From Felis catus (lineage: Eukaryota): 64,000 bases of DNA. The position numbers and the translations under genes are program-made. The stretch spans positions 169,138,001 through 169,202,000 of the forward strand of contig NC_058368.1 of assembly GCF_018350175.1 (NCBI RefSeq), read 5' to 3'. The notes beneath the pieces are model-generated. The model saw only the letters and a program-made list of their open reading frames with translations. It did no database searches and was not told where the DNA came from. Within the stretch, counting starts at the first letter, position 1, and every line of letters begins with the position of its first letter. Shown piece by piece: positions 26,335-39,655 of the stretch.

Positions 26335-27820
26335 ACCTTTTTAAACTTACATTTTAGTTAACATACAGTGCAATATGGGTTTCAGGAGTAGAATTCAGTG
26401 ATTCACTACTTACATACAATAACCCAATCCTTGTCATAATGAGTACCCTTCTTAGTTCCCAAGACCCATCTAACCCATCCCCCACCCACCTCCCTCCATT
26501 AACCCATAGTTTGTTCTCTATCATTAAGAGTCCCTTGGGGTGCCTGGGTGGCGCAGTCGGTTAAGCGTCCAACTTCAGCCAGGTCACGATCTCGGGGTCC
26601 GTGAGTTCGAGCCCCGCGTCGGGCTCTGGGTTGATGGCTCAGAGCCTGGAGCCTGTTTCCGATTCTGTGTCTCCCTCTCTCTCTGCCCCTCCCCCGTTCA
26701 TGCTCTGTCTCTCTCTGTCCCAAAAATAAATAAATGTTGAAAAAAAAATTAAAAAAAAAAAGTCTCTTTTGGTTTGTTTCCCTCTCTTCTCTTTCCCTTC
26801 GCCCTTCCCATATGTTCATTTGATCTGCTCCATCAAATAGCAACTAGATCCATCCACGTTGTTGCAAATGGCAAGTGTTCATTCTTTTTGATGGCTGAGT
26901 AATATTCTACTGTAGGTATGTTTACATATATGTATACACATATATATAAGCATACATACATACATACACATACACCACATCTTCTTTATCCACGTATTAG
27001 TCGATGGACATTTGGACTCTCTCCGTAATTTGGCTATTGTTGGTAATGCTGCTATAAACATTGGGGTGCATGTACCCCTTCAAATCTGTATTTTTGTACC
27101 CTTTGGGTAAATACCTAATGGTATTTGCAATTGCTGCATCATAGGGTAAGATCTATTTTTAGTTTCTTGAGGAACCTCCATGCTGTTCTCCAGAGTGGCT
27201 GCACCGGTTTCCAATCCTACCAACAGTGCAAAAGGGTTCCCCTTTTTCCACATCCTCACCAACACCTGTTGTTTCTTGTGTTGTTAATTTTAACCATTCT
27301 GACAGGTGTGAGGTGGCATCTTATCATGGTTTTGATGTGTATTTCCCTGATGATGAGTGATGTTGACCATTTTTTCATATCTGTTAAGCCATCTGGATGT
27401 CTTCTTTGGAAAAATGTTTATTCATGTCTTCTCATTTCTTCACGGACTGTCTTTTTGGGTGTTGAGTTTGAGATGTTCTTTATAGATCTGGATACTAACC
27501 CTTTATCACATATTGTTTGCAAATATCTTCTCCCATTCCACAGGCTGCCTTTTATTTGTGCTGTTTCCTCCACAACACAGAAGCTTTTTATCTTGAAAAA
27601 GTCCCAACAGTTCATGTTTGCTTGTTTCCCTTGCCTTTGGCAACATGTCTAGAAGGAAGCTACTCTGACCAAGGTCAAAGAGGTGCTGCCTGTTTTCTCC
27701 TCTAGGATTTTGATGGTTTCCTGTCTCACATTTAGGTCTTTCATCCATTTTGAATTTATTTTTGTGTATGGTGTAAGAAAGTCGTCCAGTTTCGTTCTTC
27801 TGTATGTCGCCATCCAGTTT
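26335..27820 (-). mobile_element. 5'-truncated carnivore L1 (3' 1.3 kb), sense to PJA2, containing a SINE
   Basis: Reverse-strand ORF2 C-terminal remnants (MFIAALPTIAKLRRESKCPS; NCWDFFKIKSFC) and L1 3' UTR. Confidence 0.9.
26537..26760 (+). mobile_element. Youngest-type SINEC_Fc inside L1
   Basis: Diagnostic ggtggcgcag, tcagccaggtcacgat, tgtttccgat, tgtcccaaaa; TSD agtc(c/t)ctt. Confidence 0.95.
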
Positions 27821-30800
27821 AGAAAACACTTTAAAACAGTAATAGAAAACTATTTTTTAAGGTGTTATCCAACATTATATGTACCACAATTCTCTTCCTG
27901 TTAATTTCTACTGCTTCAGTCCCCTGCCCTTTAGCCTCCTTCTAAAAGGAACCACCATCAAACCAAAACATCAAAAACAGCAAGAAAAGCACCCTACTTT
28001 TCACAAGAATGGCAAAAATCTATCTTGTCTCAATAATATCTACTTGCCCATCATATTTATATTTTCAGAAGAGTGGTTACCTCTTTCAATTTATCAGTTC
28101 CTGTGTGGAATCAGTAACATGAAAGAAAGTAAACATTTTAGACAAGCTCAACATATGAAAGACAAAATATGATTAGGGCTACCAGATCAATATTCAAGGT
28201 ATAGAAGCAAATAATGTATTCCTGAATGGTTATATCTACTACTTGCATAGAACCAGCATACACACACATGACTAGCTCACTAATATTACTAGGTTACCTG
28301 GGATGCAAACTTTATTTAGGGGTTCTGTGTCTACATAAAGTTACTATTCTAAAGAGGATGAAAGGAACAACAGATCATATGACCACCTAGTATAATCCTT
28401 TTGTGCCTTGATTAGCCCTTCTGGCTACAATAAGATTAGAACTACAGGTGGGACTTGTAGAAACCCAAGTATCCATCAAAAGATGAATGGATACACAAAA
28501 TATGGTTGGAAAAGGTATGTACAGAGTCAAATTCAGAATATTCAGTGATTACTCTAAATGTAAATGGACTAAATTCTCTAGGGAAAAGGCACAGAGTGGT
28601 GATTGGATTAAAAAAACAAGACCCAATTAACTATATGCTGTCTACAGAGACTCACTTCAGCTTTAAGGACACAGAGGCTCAAAGTAACGGGATGGAAAAA
28701 GATATTCCATAAAAATGGAAACCAAAGAGAGCAGGGGTAACTATACTCATATCACAAAAAATAGACTTCAAGCCAAAAAAGGTAACAAGTGACAAAAAAG
28801 GTTATTATTTAATGGTAAAGGGTGAATTCATCAAGAGGATATAGTAATCACCAATAAATATGCATCCAACATTAGAGCACCTAAGTATAGTAAGCAAATA
28901 AGTGTAGATCTGAAGTCAGATTACACAACAGTAAATAACAGTAGGGGACTTTAATACCTCACTTTAAACAATGGACTATCCAGATAGAAAATCAAAAACA
29001 AAATATTAGACTTGAGCTACACTTGAGATACAATGGCTCTAACAGACATACAGAACATTCCATAAAACACGAACAGACTATACATTCTTCTCAAGTGCAC
29101 ACAACATTCTCTAGGATAGATCACAGTACAGGTTACAAAACAAGTCTTAGCAAATTTAAGAAGACTGAAATCATACCAACTATCTTTCTGACAAAAATGG
29201 CAAGAAACAAAAACATCAACAGGAAGAAAATTAGAAAATTTACAAGTACGTAAAAACTAAACAACACACTCATGAACAAACTTATGGGTCAAAGAAGAAA
29301 TCAAAAGATATCTTGAAACAAATGCAAATGGAAACAACAACATGTCAAAATTTATGGGATGAAGCAAAAGCAGTTCTAAGATGGAAGTTTATAGCAAAAA
29401 ATGCCTACATTAAGAAAAAAGATCTCGAATAAACAACCTAATTTATACCTCAAAGAAACAGAAAAAGAAAAAAAAAACTAAGTAAAAAGTTGGCAGAAAG
29501 AAAGAAATAATGAAGGTTAGAGCAGAAATAAATGAAGTAGAAATGGGAAAATAAAAAAACAAAAAGCTGGTTTTTTTGAAAAAATAAACCAAAATGATGA
29601 ACCTTTAGCTAGACTAAGAAAAAAAGAGACTCAAATATAATCAGAAATGAAAGAGAGGTTACAACTGATACTATAAAAATACAAAGGATCAGAGGAGACT
29701 ACCATAAACAATTATACATCAACAAACTGGATAAACTACAAGAAACGGGTAAACTTCCAGAAACATATATTTACAGCATACTGACATGAAGAATAGAAAA
29801 TCTGAACAGACTAACATAAGAATATTGAATCAGCAATATAAAATTTCCCAACAAAGAAAACCCCAGGATCAGATGGTTTCCCTGGAAAACCCTACCAAAC
29901 ATTTAAAGAATTAAAGCCAATCCTTCTCAAACTCTTTCAAAAAATTGAGAAAGAGGCAATACTTTCAAACTCATTTTATGAGGCCAGCATTACCCTGATG
30001 CCAATGCCAGATTAGGACATGAGAAAGAAAATTAGAGCCCAATAACCCTGATGAACACACAGATGCAAAAATCCTCAATAAAGTACTAGCAAGATAAACT
30101 CAACAGCACATGAAAAGGATCATACATGATTAAATGGGATTTATCTCTGGATGCAAGAAAGGTGGTAACACACAAAAATCAATTAAGTGTGATATATCAC
30201 ATTTAGAGAATGAAAGATAAAAATCGTATGATCATCTCAATAGATGCAGAAAAAGCATTTGACAAAACATATCATCCTTTTATGATAAAAGCTCTCAACA
30301 AATTAGGTACAGAAGGAACATACCTTAACATAAAATTAAGACATCCATATTTGACAAGCCACAGCTAATACTATAACCAACAGTGAGAGGCTGAAAGCTT
30401 TTCCTTTAAGATCAAGAACAAGACCAGGGTGCTCATTCTCACCACTCCTATTCAACATATTGAAAGTCCTAGCCAGAGTATTCAGGCAAGAAAAATAAAA
30501 GGCATCCAAATGGGAAAAGTGGAAGTAAAATTGTCTTTATTTGCAGATGTGATTTTTTTATATAGAAAATCCTAAAGACTCCACCAAAAAACTGTTAGGA
30601 ATAATCAACAAATTCATGGAAGCTATATAGTACAAAATCAATATACAGAAATCACTTGTGTTTCACACTAATAATGAAATATTTGAAAAAGAATAAAGAA
30701 AACAATCCCATTTGCAATAGCATCAAAAGCAACAAAATACTCAGGAATAAACTTAACCAAGAAGGTGAAAGATTATGTATACTGAAAAATGAAAGATAAA

Positions 30801-31943
30801 AGAGACTGAAGATATAATAGAAAGATATTCCATGTTAAGAAATTGGAAGAACTAATATTAAAATGTCCATACTACCCAAAGCAATCCACAGATTTAATGC
30901 AATTCCTATCAAAATTCCAATGGCATTCTTCACAGAAACAGAAAAAAAAAATCCTAGAATTTGTATGGAACCACTAAAAACCCTGAATGGCCAAAGCAAA
31001 GAACAACGCTGTTAGCAATACAATTTATTTCAAACTATACTACACAACTATAGTAATCAAAACAGTATGGTACTGGCATAAAAACAGACATACATACAAA
31101 TGGAAAAGAATCAAGAATCCAGAAATAAATCCCAGCATATATGGACAATTAATATTTGACAAGGGAGCCAGGAATATTTATTGCAGAAAGGATAAGGTCT
31201 CTAATAAATAATATTGGAAAACCCACATAATCACATGCAGGATAACTGCATGCATGAAACTGGACCTCTAACTTAATACCATTCACAAAAATTAACTCCA
31301 AATGGATTACCAACTAAAACGTAAGACCTGAAACCATAAAATTTCTTTGACACTGGTCCTTGATACTGATCATGGCAATTAATTTTGGGGTATGATAATA
31401 AAGACACAGCAACAAAAGCAAAAATAACTAAGCAGACTACATTAAACCAAAAAGCTTCTGTGTATCGAAAGAAACCATTAACAAAAGGAGAGCCCACCTA
31501 CAGAGTGGAAGAAAATATTTGCAAATCATGTATGTGGTAAGGCACTGATATCCGAAACATGAAAACTCATACAACTCAAAAGTAAATAAATAGACAGACA
31601 GATATAAAAATGGGCAGAGGGACTAAATAGACATTTTCCCAAAGAAGACATTCAAAAGAGTAAGTACATGAAAAGATGTTCAACATCATCAATCATCAGA
31701 GGAATGCAAATCAAAATCACAATGAGATATCACTTCACAACCATTGGAATGGCTATTACCAAAACAATAAGAAATAAGAAGTGTTGGAGAAAATACGGAG
31801 ATAAGCGAACTCTTGTGCACGGTTGGTGGGAATGTAAATTGGTACACCACTGTGGAAAATAGTATAAAAGTTCCTTCAAAAATTGACATAACTGTCCTAT
31901 GATCCAACAATCTCACTTGTGGGTATATATCTAAAGGAAATGA

Positions 31944-32158
31944 GGGGCGCCTGGGTGGCGCGGTCAGTTAAGCGTCTGACTTCAGCCAGGTCACGATCTC
32001 GCGGTCCGTGAATTCAAGCCCCGCGTCAGGCTCTGGGCTGATGGCTCAGAGCCTGGAGCTTGTTTCCGATTCTGTGTCTCCCTCTCTCTCTGCCCCTCCC
32101 CCGTTCATGCTCTGTCTCTCTCTGTCCCAAAAATAAATAAATGTTGAAAAAAAAAATT
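31944..32158 (+). mobile_element. Youngest-type SINEC_Fc inside L1
   Basis: Same diagnostics as 26537; perfect TSD taaaggaaatga at 31932-31943 and 32159-32170. Confidence 0.95.
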
Positions 32159-32281
32159 TAAAGGAAATGAAATCAGGATCTTGAAGATATCTGCACTCAC
32201 ATGTTCAATGCAGCATTATTCACAATAGCCAAGGTATGGAAACAACTTACGTATCTATTGACAGATGAATGGATAAAGGAG

Positions 32282-32283
<2 letters not shown>

Positions 32284-32319
<36 letters not shown>
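32284..32319. repeat. (AC)18 microsatellite
   Basis: Direct reading. Confidence 0.95.
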
Positions 32320-32321
<2 letters not shown>

Positions 32322-33381
32322 ATATTATTCCAGTCATAAGAAAGAAAAAAATCCTGCTAAGTGAAAACAGAACCTAAATACTATATCATATAATTTATAT
32401 GTGGAATCTAAAAAACCTGAACTCAGAAACAAGAGTAGAATGGTGATTGTCAGAGGGTGAGGAGTAGGGAGCAGGAAGATGTGGTTAAAGGGTACAAACT
32501 TCCAGTTATAAGATGAATAAATCCTGGGGATCTAATGTATAGCACGGTGATTATAATTAATAATACTGTGGTATATAGCTGAAAGTTGCTGGGAGTAAAA
32601 ATCTTAAACGTTCTTCCCACAAGCAAGAAACAGAAATTATATGAGGTGTCACTAGCCCTACAGTGATAATCATTTTGTTCTATGTAAGTGCATCAAATCA
32701 ACATGCTGTACATCTTAAACTTACACAATGTTATATGTCACTTATACTTCAATAAAACTGAAAAAAATGTGGTATATACATACAACGAAATATTACTCAG
32801 TATTTAAAAGGAAGGAAATTCTGGCACATGCTACAATATGGATGAAACTTGAAAGCATATGCTAAGTGAAATGAACCAGTCACAGAAGGATAAATACTGT
32901 ATGATTCCACTTATATGAGGTCCCTAAAGGAGTAAACTCAGAGAGATGGAAAGCAGAATGGTAGTTGCCATGAGCTAGGGAGAGGAAGAACAGAGAGTTA
33001 TTGTTTATAATGTACTTGATGTGAATTAACTGTATTATGGTTAGAAGGGGTAAATTTTACACTATGTGTGTTACCACAATAAAAAGCAAACTGGGCCTCC
33101 TTTATAGGAGGAAGATTCTGCCTGACAGTTAACCCTGTGTTGTCTTGGATGGCAAATGTTAACCTTTTGTATACTCTTTAGGATTTAGCCCAGATAATCT
33201 CACAATGAATTATGTCTTTCCAAAAAGGATTTGAGATGACTTACAACAGAGGGTAGGGCCGAGACAAAAGCAAAAAAAAAAAAGAGAAAGCAAAAAAGGT
33301 TCATCGTAAGAGTTAGTAAATACAGTTAATAATACTGAATGCCAATTTGACTCTGGGTTTGCAGAGAGAGCGAAGAAAAAG

Positions 33382-36030
33382 TGTGCCAGAAATTCAATTA
33401 ACTCTTAGCTCCAAGTTCACCTTTCATTTCTGTTCTGTGAAATAGATCTGGGCCTTCTGAACACTTTTCCCTTGTCAGCTGGCATGACCTTAGGCTTTGT
33501 CAGTAGAGAGCTCTGGACAGACATCCCAGAAGAACTTTGCTTCTTCTTCTAGTGGGCTTCCTGGGCAGGCCCCTGTAGTGTGTAAGGGTTCGCTATTGTG
33601 GGCTTCTGCATCACAGATGGCTCCTCCAGCACCAAGGTCCTCCCGTGCAAGTAGCTTCTCCAGTGCCTGGCTCCAGAAGTACATGCAGTTTCCCCAGTGC
33701 CTGACAGCTGCAGTGTAAGGTAGCCAGCAGCTTCCCCTGGCACCCATCTTAGGTGGCTTTGCAGGAGTGTGCTTCCAGTTAGTCACCTCCCTGTGAACAG
33801 TTTCTCCAGCACTCCAGTGGGCAGATTTTGCCAAGTTCCATATGGTAGATTTCCAGCAAGTTTTGCCAGCACAGTAGTACAAACATTTCTCTAAGCGCCA
33901 TGGTTGTGTCCTTCCCAACACAGTCTGGATCTCAGCCCTGGTAGGGGGGTTGCACTCTATCTCAGCCCTAAGGGTTATTCCTTAGATCTGCTATTCCTGC
34001 TCCTGGCCAACAGGAATGGAATGTTATCGATACAAACCCTGATTACAAATAATCTTATTAGTCACAATCAAACTACCACTGTGATCCACTGCAATGAAGT
34101 GCCAACTAATACATGTGTCTTGGGAGCCCAGGTGGTTACTGCACTTGACCTTATGGCAATAATGATGACTGTAAAAACTAACGTGGGATGGAATGTTTTT
34201 GAGTGCACTTGCTCGCATACAAAGAGAAAAGGACAAACTTAGGCCGGTTAACTCTGAGAGCAAGGTACTGTATAAGAACCAGAAAGTAGCCCTGACAGCC
34301 CTAAAACAAACATATTATTTCTGAAAATCAAAAACAAAATTTAATTGTGTGAACTGTTGAATTAAAATCAGAGTTTAATGATGTCTTGTGAAGTTTCTTG
34401 ATTCAAGTTGAATCATTGACTGGTTAAATCAGGATTCTGAAACTTAGAAATGGGAATATCTGATTGGACTCAGACGAAACAGTGGACTATGCTGAATCTC
34501 CAAGCCACTCTGAGCCTCCTTTTACCAGAAGTAGTGTATGCTCCACAGACCAACCTTCCTCCACTTAAAAATCCCGTGATCATCTCACTTGGAGTGTACA
34601 TGTCTTATTACTTCTATACCCACAGTAAAGTTATCAGGTAAGGACATCTCCCAAAAAGGCATGATCACCGAGTACACATACTCTTCAAAAATGTAGATTT
34701 GGGTCACTCCACCAAGTAAAGAATCCTAAGCAGCTGAGATTCTTGCTGAAGGTACAGAAAATATGGAATGGGTGATGGATGAAGGAAACCACAGCTACAG
34801 CCCGTGACCAAATATAAAAACAAGGACGAGTAGGCTTTGCATATTTTGTTTGTTATGTGCTTATTTGTATCTGCTAACCATTGTCTTTTTCTCTCTCCTT
34901 CCCATTTTTATTTCATATAGCAGTTAATTTTACAATTTAATCTTATATAAGAGAATATTCATTGTGACTGAATGAATTTGTGGAATGATTAATATTTAGT
35001 GATGGACATAATGACTCTTGGGAGTCCATTCACATTTGTTCATTCTGGAGAAAGGGTGAAAACTTCATTTTAAGACTAGCTGTGGGGTGCCTGGGTGGCT
35101 CAGTTGGTTAAGCACCCGACTCTTGATTTAGGCTTGGGTCTCAGTTCATGGGATCGAGCCCCGCATCAGGCTTTTTGCTAAGTGTGGAGCCTGCTTGGGA
35201 TTCTCTTTTTCTCTCTCTCTCTCTCAAAATAGATAAACTTTAAAGAAAAAAATAACAAAAACTAGCTATATCTTGTTAGGTGGAAATAAAGTTGCATTGC
35301 TGTTGCATAGAGTTCAAATGTGTGTAGAAAGGTGTATATGGGATCCAAGTAATCAAAGGGATGGACTGTTCTCCAGTTATTGATTACTGCTCCTCAAATC
35401 CAAATTAGCTATTTTTGTCAGCTCTGTGAAAAAGGGATTTGGGCTATTTAAGTATTTTCCTCTGATAGCTGTCACAATGTTAATTAAGCTTTGTTCACAA
35501 AGGATGCTGAAAAGACACTGCAGGAGGAAAAGGGCTTTACTTCTAATCCCAGTGAGCCTGTTTCACCCAGGCTTCCACGGCATGCATGGTTTTCTCCAGC
35601 AGCAGACTTTCCGACGCCCACAGCTTCTCCAGCATCTTGCTCCTGTAGTGCATGCGGCCAGCAGCTTCCCCCAGCACCCACCTTGGACAGTTCTGGAGCA
35701 GAGTGCTTCCAGTGAGACATCTCCCTATAAACAGCTTTCCTCAGCAGCACCGGACAGGGCTGATTTCCAGCAAGTTCTGCCAGTGTAGCACTACAGTGAC
35801 TTTGTTGCCATTCAGTGAGCCACAGTTGTGCCATCTCCATCAAAGTTTGAATCCGAGCCTTGGAGGTGGAGACTCTTTCTTAGGTGATCTTAGCCTAACG
35901 TGTGGGAGCCATTCCTTACATGTGCATTTTCTGTATTCTTTAGAAATATCTTTAATCCTTACTAAGCAAATCTTTGTTACTTTAATCCCCTATTATAGTT
36001 TATAGTTCTTTATATTAAAATTTCCCCTCA
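33382..36030 (+). mobile_element. Internally deleted ERVL-class provirus with two LTRs (LTR52-like)
   Basis: Two homologous LTRs, ~33382-34047 (ends ctgattaca) and ~35367-36030 (preceded by PPT aaagggatggac|tgt). Internal remnant IWVTPPSKES*AAEILAEGTENMEWVMDEG at 34697-34790 resembles the ERVL pol C-terminus. Confidence 0.8.
35084..35258 (+). mobile_element. Felid SINE inside the ERVL internal region
   Basis: SINE head and tail; TSD actagct(g/a)t. Confidence 0.88.
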
Positions 36031-36917
36031 GGAAATAGAAAATAGAAGGTGATAGCCTATTATTTGTCCCTCCTTTCTCATATAACTATAACCATAAATC
36101 TTCTCCAATTCCTTGTGTACTTCTCAAGACAGACTGCAAGAACTCCTCTGTGCTACTCCACACATAAAAAAAGAAGAGATATTATTTACAGTAAGTTCCA
36201 TTTGGGGATGCTATTTATGCTTCGACACATGTTTGTTGCAATAGGTTCATTATTCCTTTCTGATGATGATTTGCATGTCTGTAGTGCTAATAAATACCTG
36301 GAATTTCATATATGTAAAAATAATTTATTGCCTTGATACTGACAAATACTTAAGGTGATCTGGAGTCACATACAAGCAACAAGAGTTAAGAGAGACCATT
36401 CTGAAACCACTGCTATGAAATCTGTAAAAATATAAAAATTTATCTACACTTTAGGCAGCATAGTGTATTTTCAAAAGTTACTCCAAGTGTCAGAAAGACA
36501 ATAGGCTAAAGAGCACAACTGGAATATATTTAGATTTAAAGTAGCAAAATCCTTTGTCAGAACAAAATCTAGTTTTTAAAGAAAACACAATTCAGTTTTT
36601 AAAAAGTGAAGATTTATAACAAGTGACTTAATACTGATTTTCAATGATCACTGAGTCCACATGTGCTAGATGATTACCACCTGGCTGACTGCTGATTTGA
36701 ATAAATCTTTGAATACAGCCATTTATAAGAGAGCTTATCACTGCACCAGCTATTTCGCTAAGTGCTTTAACACAGTGTCACAATCCACAAGGTAAATTTT
36801 ATTACTCCCATTTTGTAGATGAGGACCTGAAGCTTAAGGAGGTTAAGTGAAGAGTGCAAGGTCACAAACCTAAAGTTCATGTACTACCTTCCCAATGCCT
36901 ATAACCCAGTGTATAGG

Positions 36918-37760
36918 CAGTGTTCTGTAAGTGTGTAAAGACTTTCTAGGGAGCCAAGGGCATGGAGTCTTAAGAGACTAAATTTCAATTCGTTTAACTT
37001 TCTTAATGTAACCCTTCCTCAAACTGACCTTCTGAAGAATATACCCGCAGTCAAAGTACCGTGCTGGTTCTCTGTTCCCATATTCCTTTTTATACTAACC
37101 TTTTCTCCACTTTATAAATAAAAGCATACTTCTTACCCATTCAAAGGGGCACTTTCAAATACTGGGGTCACACTGAACTAACGACTAAATAACAAATTTT
37201 GTAGGTGGCTTCCAGTCATCTGCTTTCAAAAAAAAAAAAAAAGGAGGATCTAAACAATCTGTCAAATTGATGTGATTTGGGCAAATATTTCAGAAAAACT
37301 AAGTGACAATGCTATGATAAACTCCTTCCATCCCTATCAATTTATTTATGTGAACAAGGTTTCTCAAGTTTACATTTATAAATATGAAAAACAAATAAAA
37401 TTGATGCTCAACTAGATCTCATTCTACGAATAAATAAAATTAACTCATAAAATAATAAGGAAGGAAAAAGTCTCCCTCTATCTTATTAAGAGATATATTT
37501 CCAGTAAAATTTTACATTTAAATATTTATCAACATTTAGAAGTCTGTTTTTGATCAGTTAGATGCTAACAATTTTAAATCAATCTAAACTACTTTATTTA
37601 TATTTAAATTCTTGAACATACTTTTATTGCAAAGAGGTATAATAAGGTAAACAATATTACTTAGGGTTTATGCTAAAAAACTTTAAATGTGAACATAAAT
37701 GTGCAAAGGGAAGTATTTTTCAAAACTTGTTCAGAGTAAAAAGCTTTAATATCATTGTTT
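36918..37760 (+). mobile_element. hAT-Charlie DNA transposon relic
   Basis: 37322-37369 translates LLPSLSIYLCEQGFSS, matching the hAT dimerisation-domain motif (STYLCEQGFS). Boundaries approximate. Confidence 0.65.
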
Positions 37761-39444
37761 CAAACAGTTAAAGTTCTTAAGTATTTTGTCCTTTTCTCAC
37801 TCAAATTTGAGACAAAAGTATAGGCAAATATTTATTGCCAATATTTTCACCAATAGCCACTACCTGAGACAACAGATCAGTCTGGTATTGGGAAAATAAG
37901 AGAAATGAAAACAACCAGTGCTGAAAAGAGATCAGGCTGCTTGAGAGAAAAACAAATAAAAGCACTCAGTTTGTCTTATTAGTTGCTTTTCTTTCATTTA
38001 AAGAATGCCTGTTAAATTTAAAAGAAAATATCATAAATTATAAACTAATACAGCCTCACTTTTCAAAATGATTAAATAACTGCATAGTAGGAAGAAAAAT
38101 AAAGATTTCTAGAGAGTGATAGGAAGATGGAGCTGTATTGATTTTCAGTCAAATTCAAATAAAATAAAGAGCACTAAATCTGAGGAAGCTGCTAAACCGT
38201 AGGGAAGGAAGACACACCACCACTCATTAGTCAGAACAGAAGGACAGATGGTTAAGAGTGACAAGTGGCAGTGTCACTGGGTTCCCAAAGAGCAGAAGTC
38301 ATGTGGGGACTGTAAGTTCCCTGGACATACTAGTCTTTCTTGACTCTGGTCTTTGCACACACTGCTAGTGCCTTCACACGGTATGATGCCCTGCCCCCGA
38401 CCAATCCTTCTGGTGCTTCTTTCAAGACACCAATCAAATGTCACAATTCCTACTGGTAACAAGAAAACTTCTATTAAAACTTCTATTTTAATTTTCAAAA
38501 CATGGACCACTAGCATAATAATGGGAAAAACTATGTAAACACTGTGAAACTAGACTCTAGAATGGATATATTCCATTGTGGTCATTTAAAATTTATTTAT
38601 CTCAAAAAAGTTAGTGATCCTTCATCTTTACATATTATATTCCTGACACAAGTTATCACACTGTGCCATTATTTCATGTGTCAGAATTGACTAAGGCAAG
38701 TTAAATAATCTGGGAAAATTCCTAAGTGTATTGTCGTAATATGTTCTGACTTTCCTCCTACTACACAGTATTTCTATGGTTCCTTTAAAAAAAAAACACA
38801 CCACACAAAGCATAATCAATCAATGATCTCCATGGAAGATTACTCAGATGTAAAAAAAAAGTGATCTCACAGCAAAGCTAACTTAAGTGTGTGTGCATGT
38901 ACATAAGTGTTTGTGTGTAGACAGGTCAGTCTGTCTACCTACCCATTGTATACTTTATGAATCTAAACTGCACTTTCTAACCTCAGAAAATTTCAAGATA
39001 AAATGCTGTTATAGTCCCTGAAAGTTCTCTCATTTATTTTTGTTCTCTCACTTTTGACTCATTCACATTATTACTGTTTTTCTACTTTGGAAATCACTTC
39101 AGAAATAGTAATTTAAAGAAAAGATTTCTAACAATGAAATCCACAAGTGGTGTGAAAGTTCCCAAACACGAAAATGCTTGGGCTTTTGACCTTAGGCAAA
39201 TACAATCATGAGTATCTGTATTGCAATCAAATAAGGAAAAGAAAGCCAAACAAAATTATGTGCTACATTTATTTAAGTGTATTTGTATATGGAGATAATG
39301 GAAATAAAATTGCTATATTCATTAAGCAGCAAGGTAGTATTTAGAAACTATGAGGACAAAAAAGCGGAAGTGATGTATAATATATCCTTAGAGATCTTCA
39401 ATTTCATTTACAAATATACCTGTGTCTGTGTAATGTAATCAGAT

Positions 39445-39655
39445 TGGGTGGCTCAGTTGGTTAAGCGTCCGACATTGGCTCAGGTCATGATCTCATGGTC
39501 TGTGAGTTCAAGCCCTACATTGGGCTCTGTGCTGACAGCTCAGAGCCTGGAGCCTGCTTCAGATTCCCTATCTTCCTTTCTCTCTCTGCCCCTCCCCCAT
39601 GCACTTGTGTGCACTCTCTCTCTCTCTCTCAAAAATAAATAAAACATTAAAAAAA
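39445..39655 (+). mobile_element. Felid SINE
   Basis: SINE body, (CT)n and A tail; TSD tcagatt. Confidence 0.9.

Larger units (their letters stand above)
28507..32763 (+). mobile_element. Old L1 (ORF2 to 3' end, ~4.2 kb) nested in an older L1MB-like 3' fragment
   Basis: Starts with ITLNVNGLNS (ORF2 N-terminus), continues through RT remnants to aataaaa at ~32751-32757. TSD aaaat(a/g)tggt at 28497-28506 and 32764-32773. The host L1 fragment is at 28458-28506 and 32764-33085. Confidence 0.9.

Noticed and set aside
27125..27652. Longest ORF in the track (175 aa)
   Set aside because: Antisense frame of the L1 ORF2 C-terminus, a common artefact.
33490..36005. Clusters of overlapping 70-143 aa ORFs that resemble each other
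   Set aside because: They lie in the two GC-rich LTRs, and the similarity reflects LTR duplication. No splice or coding signature.
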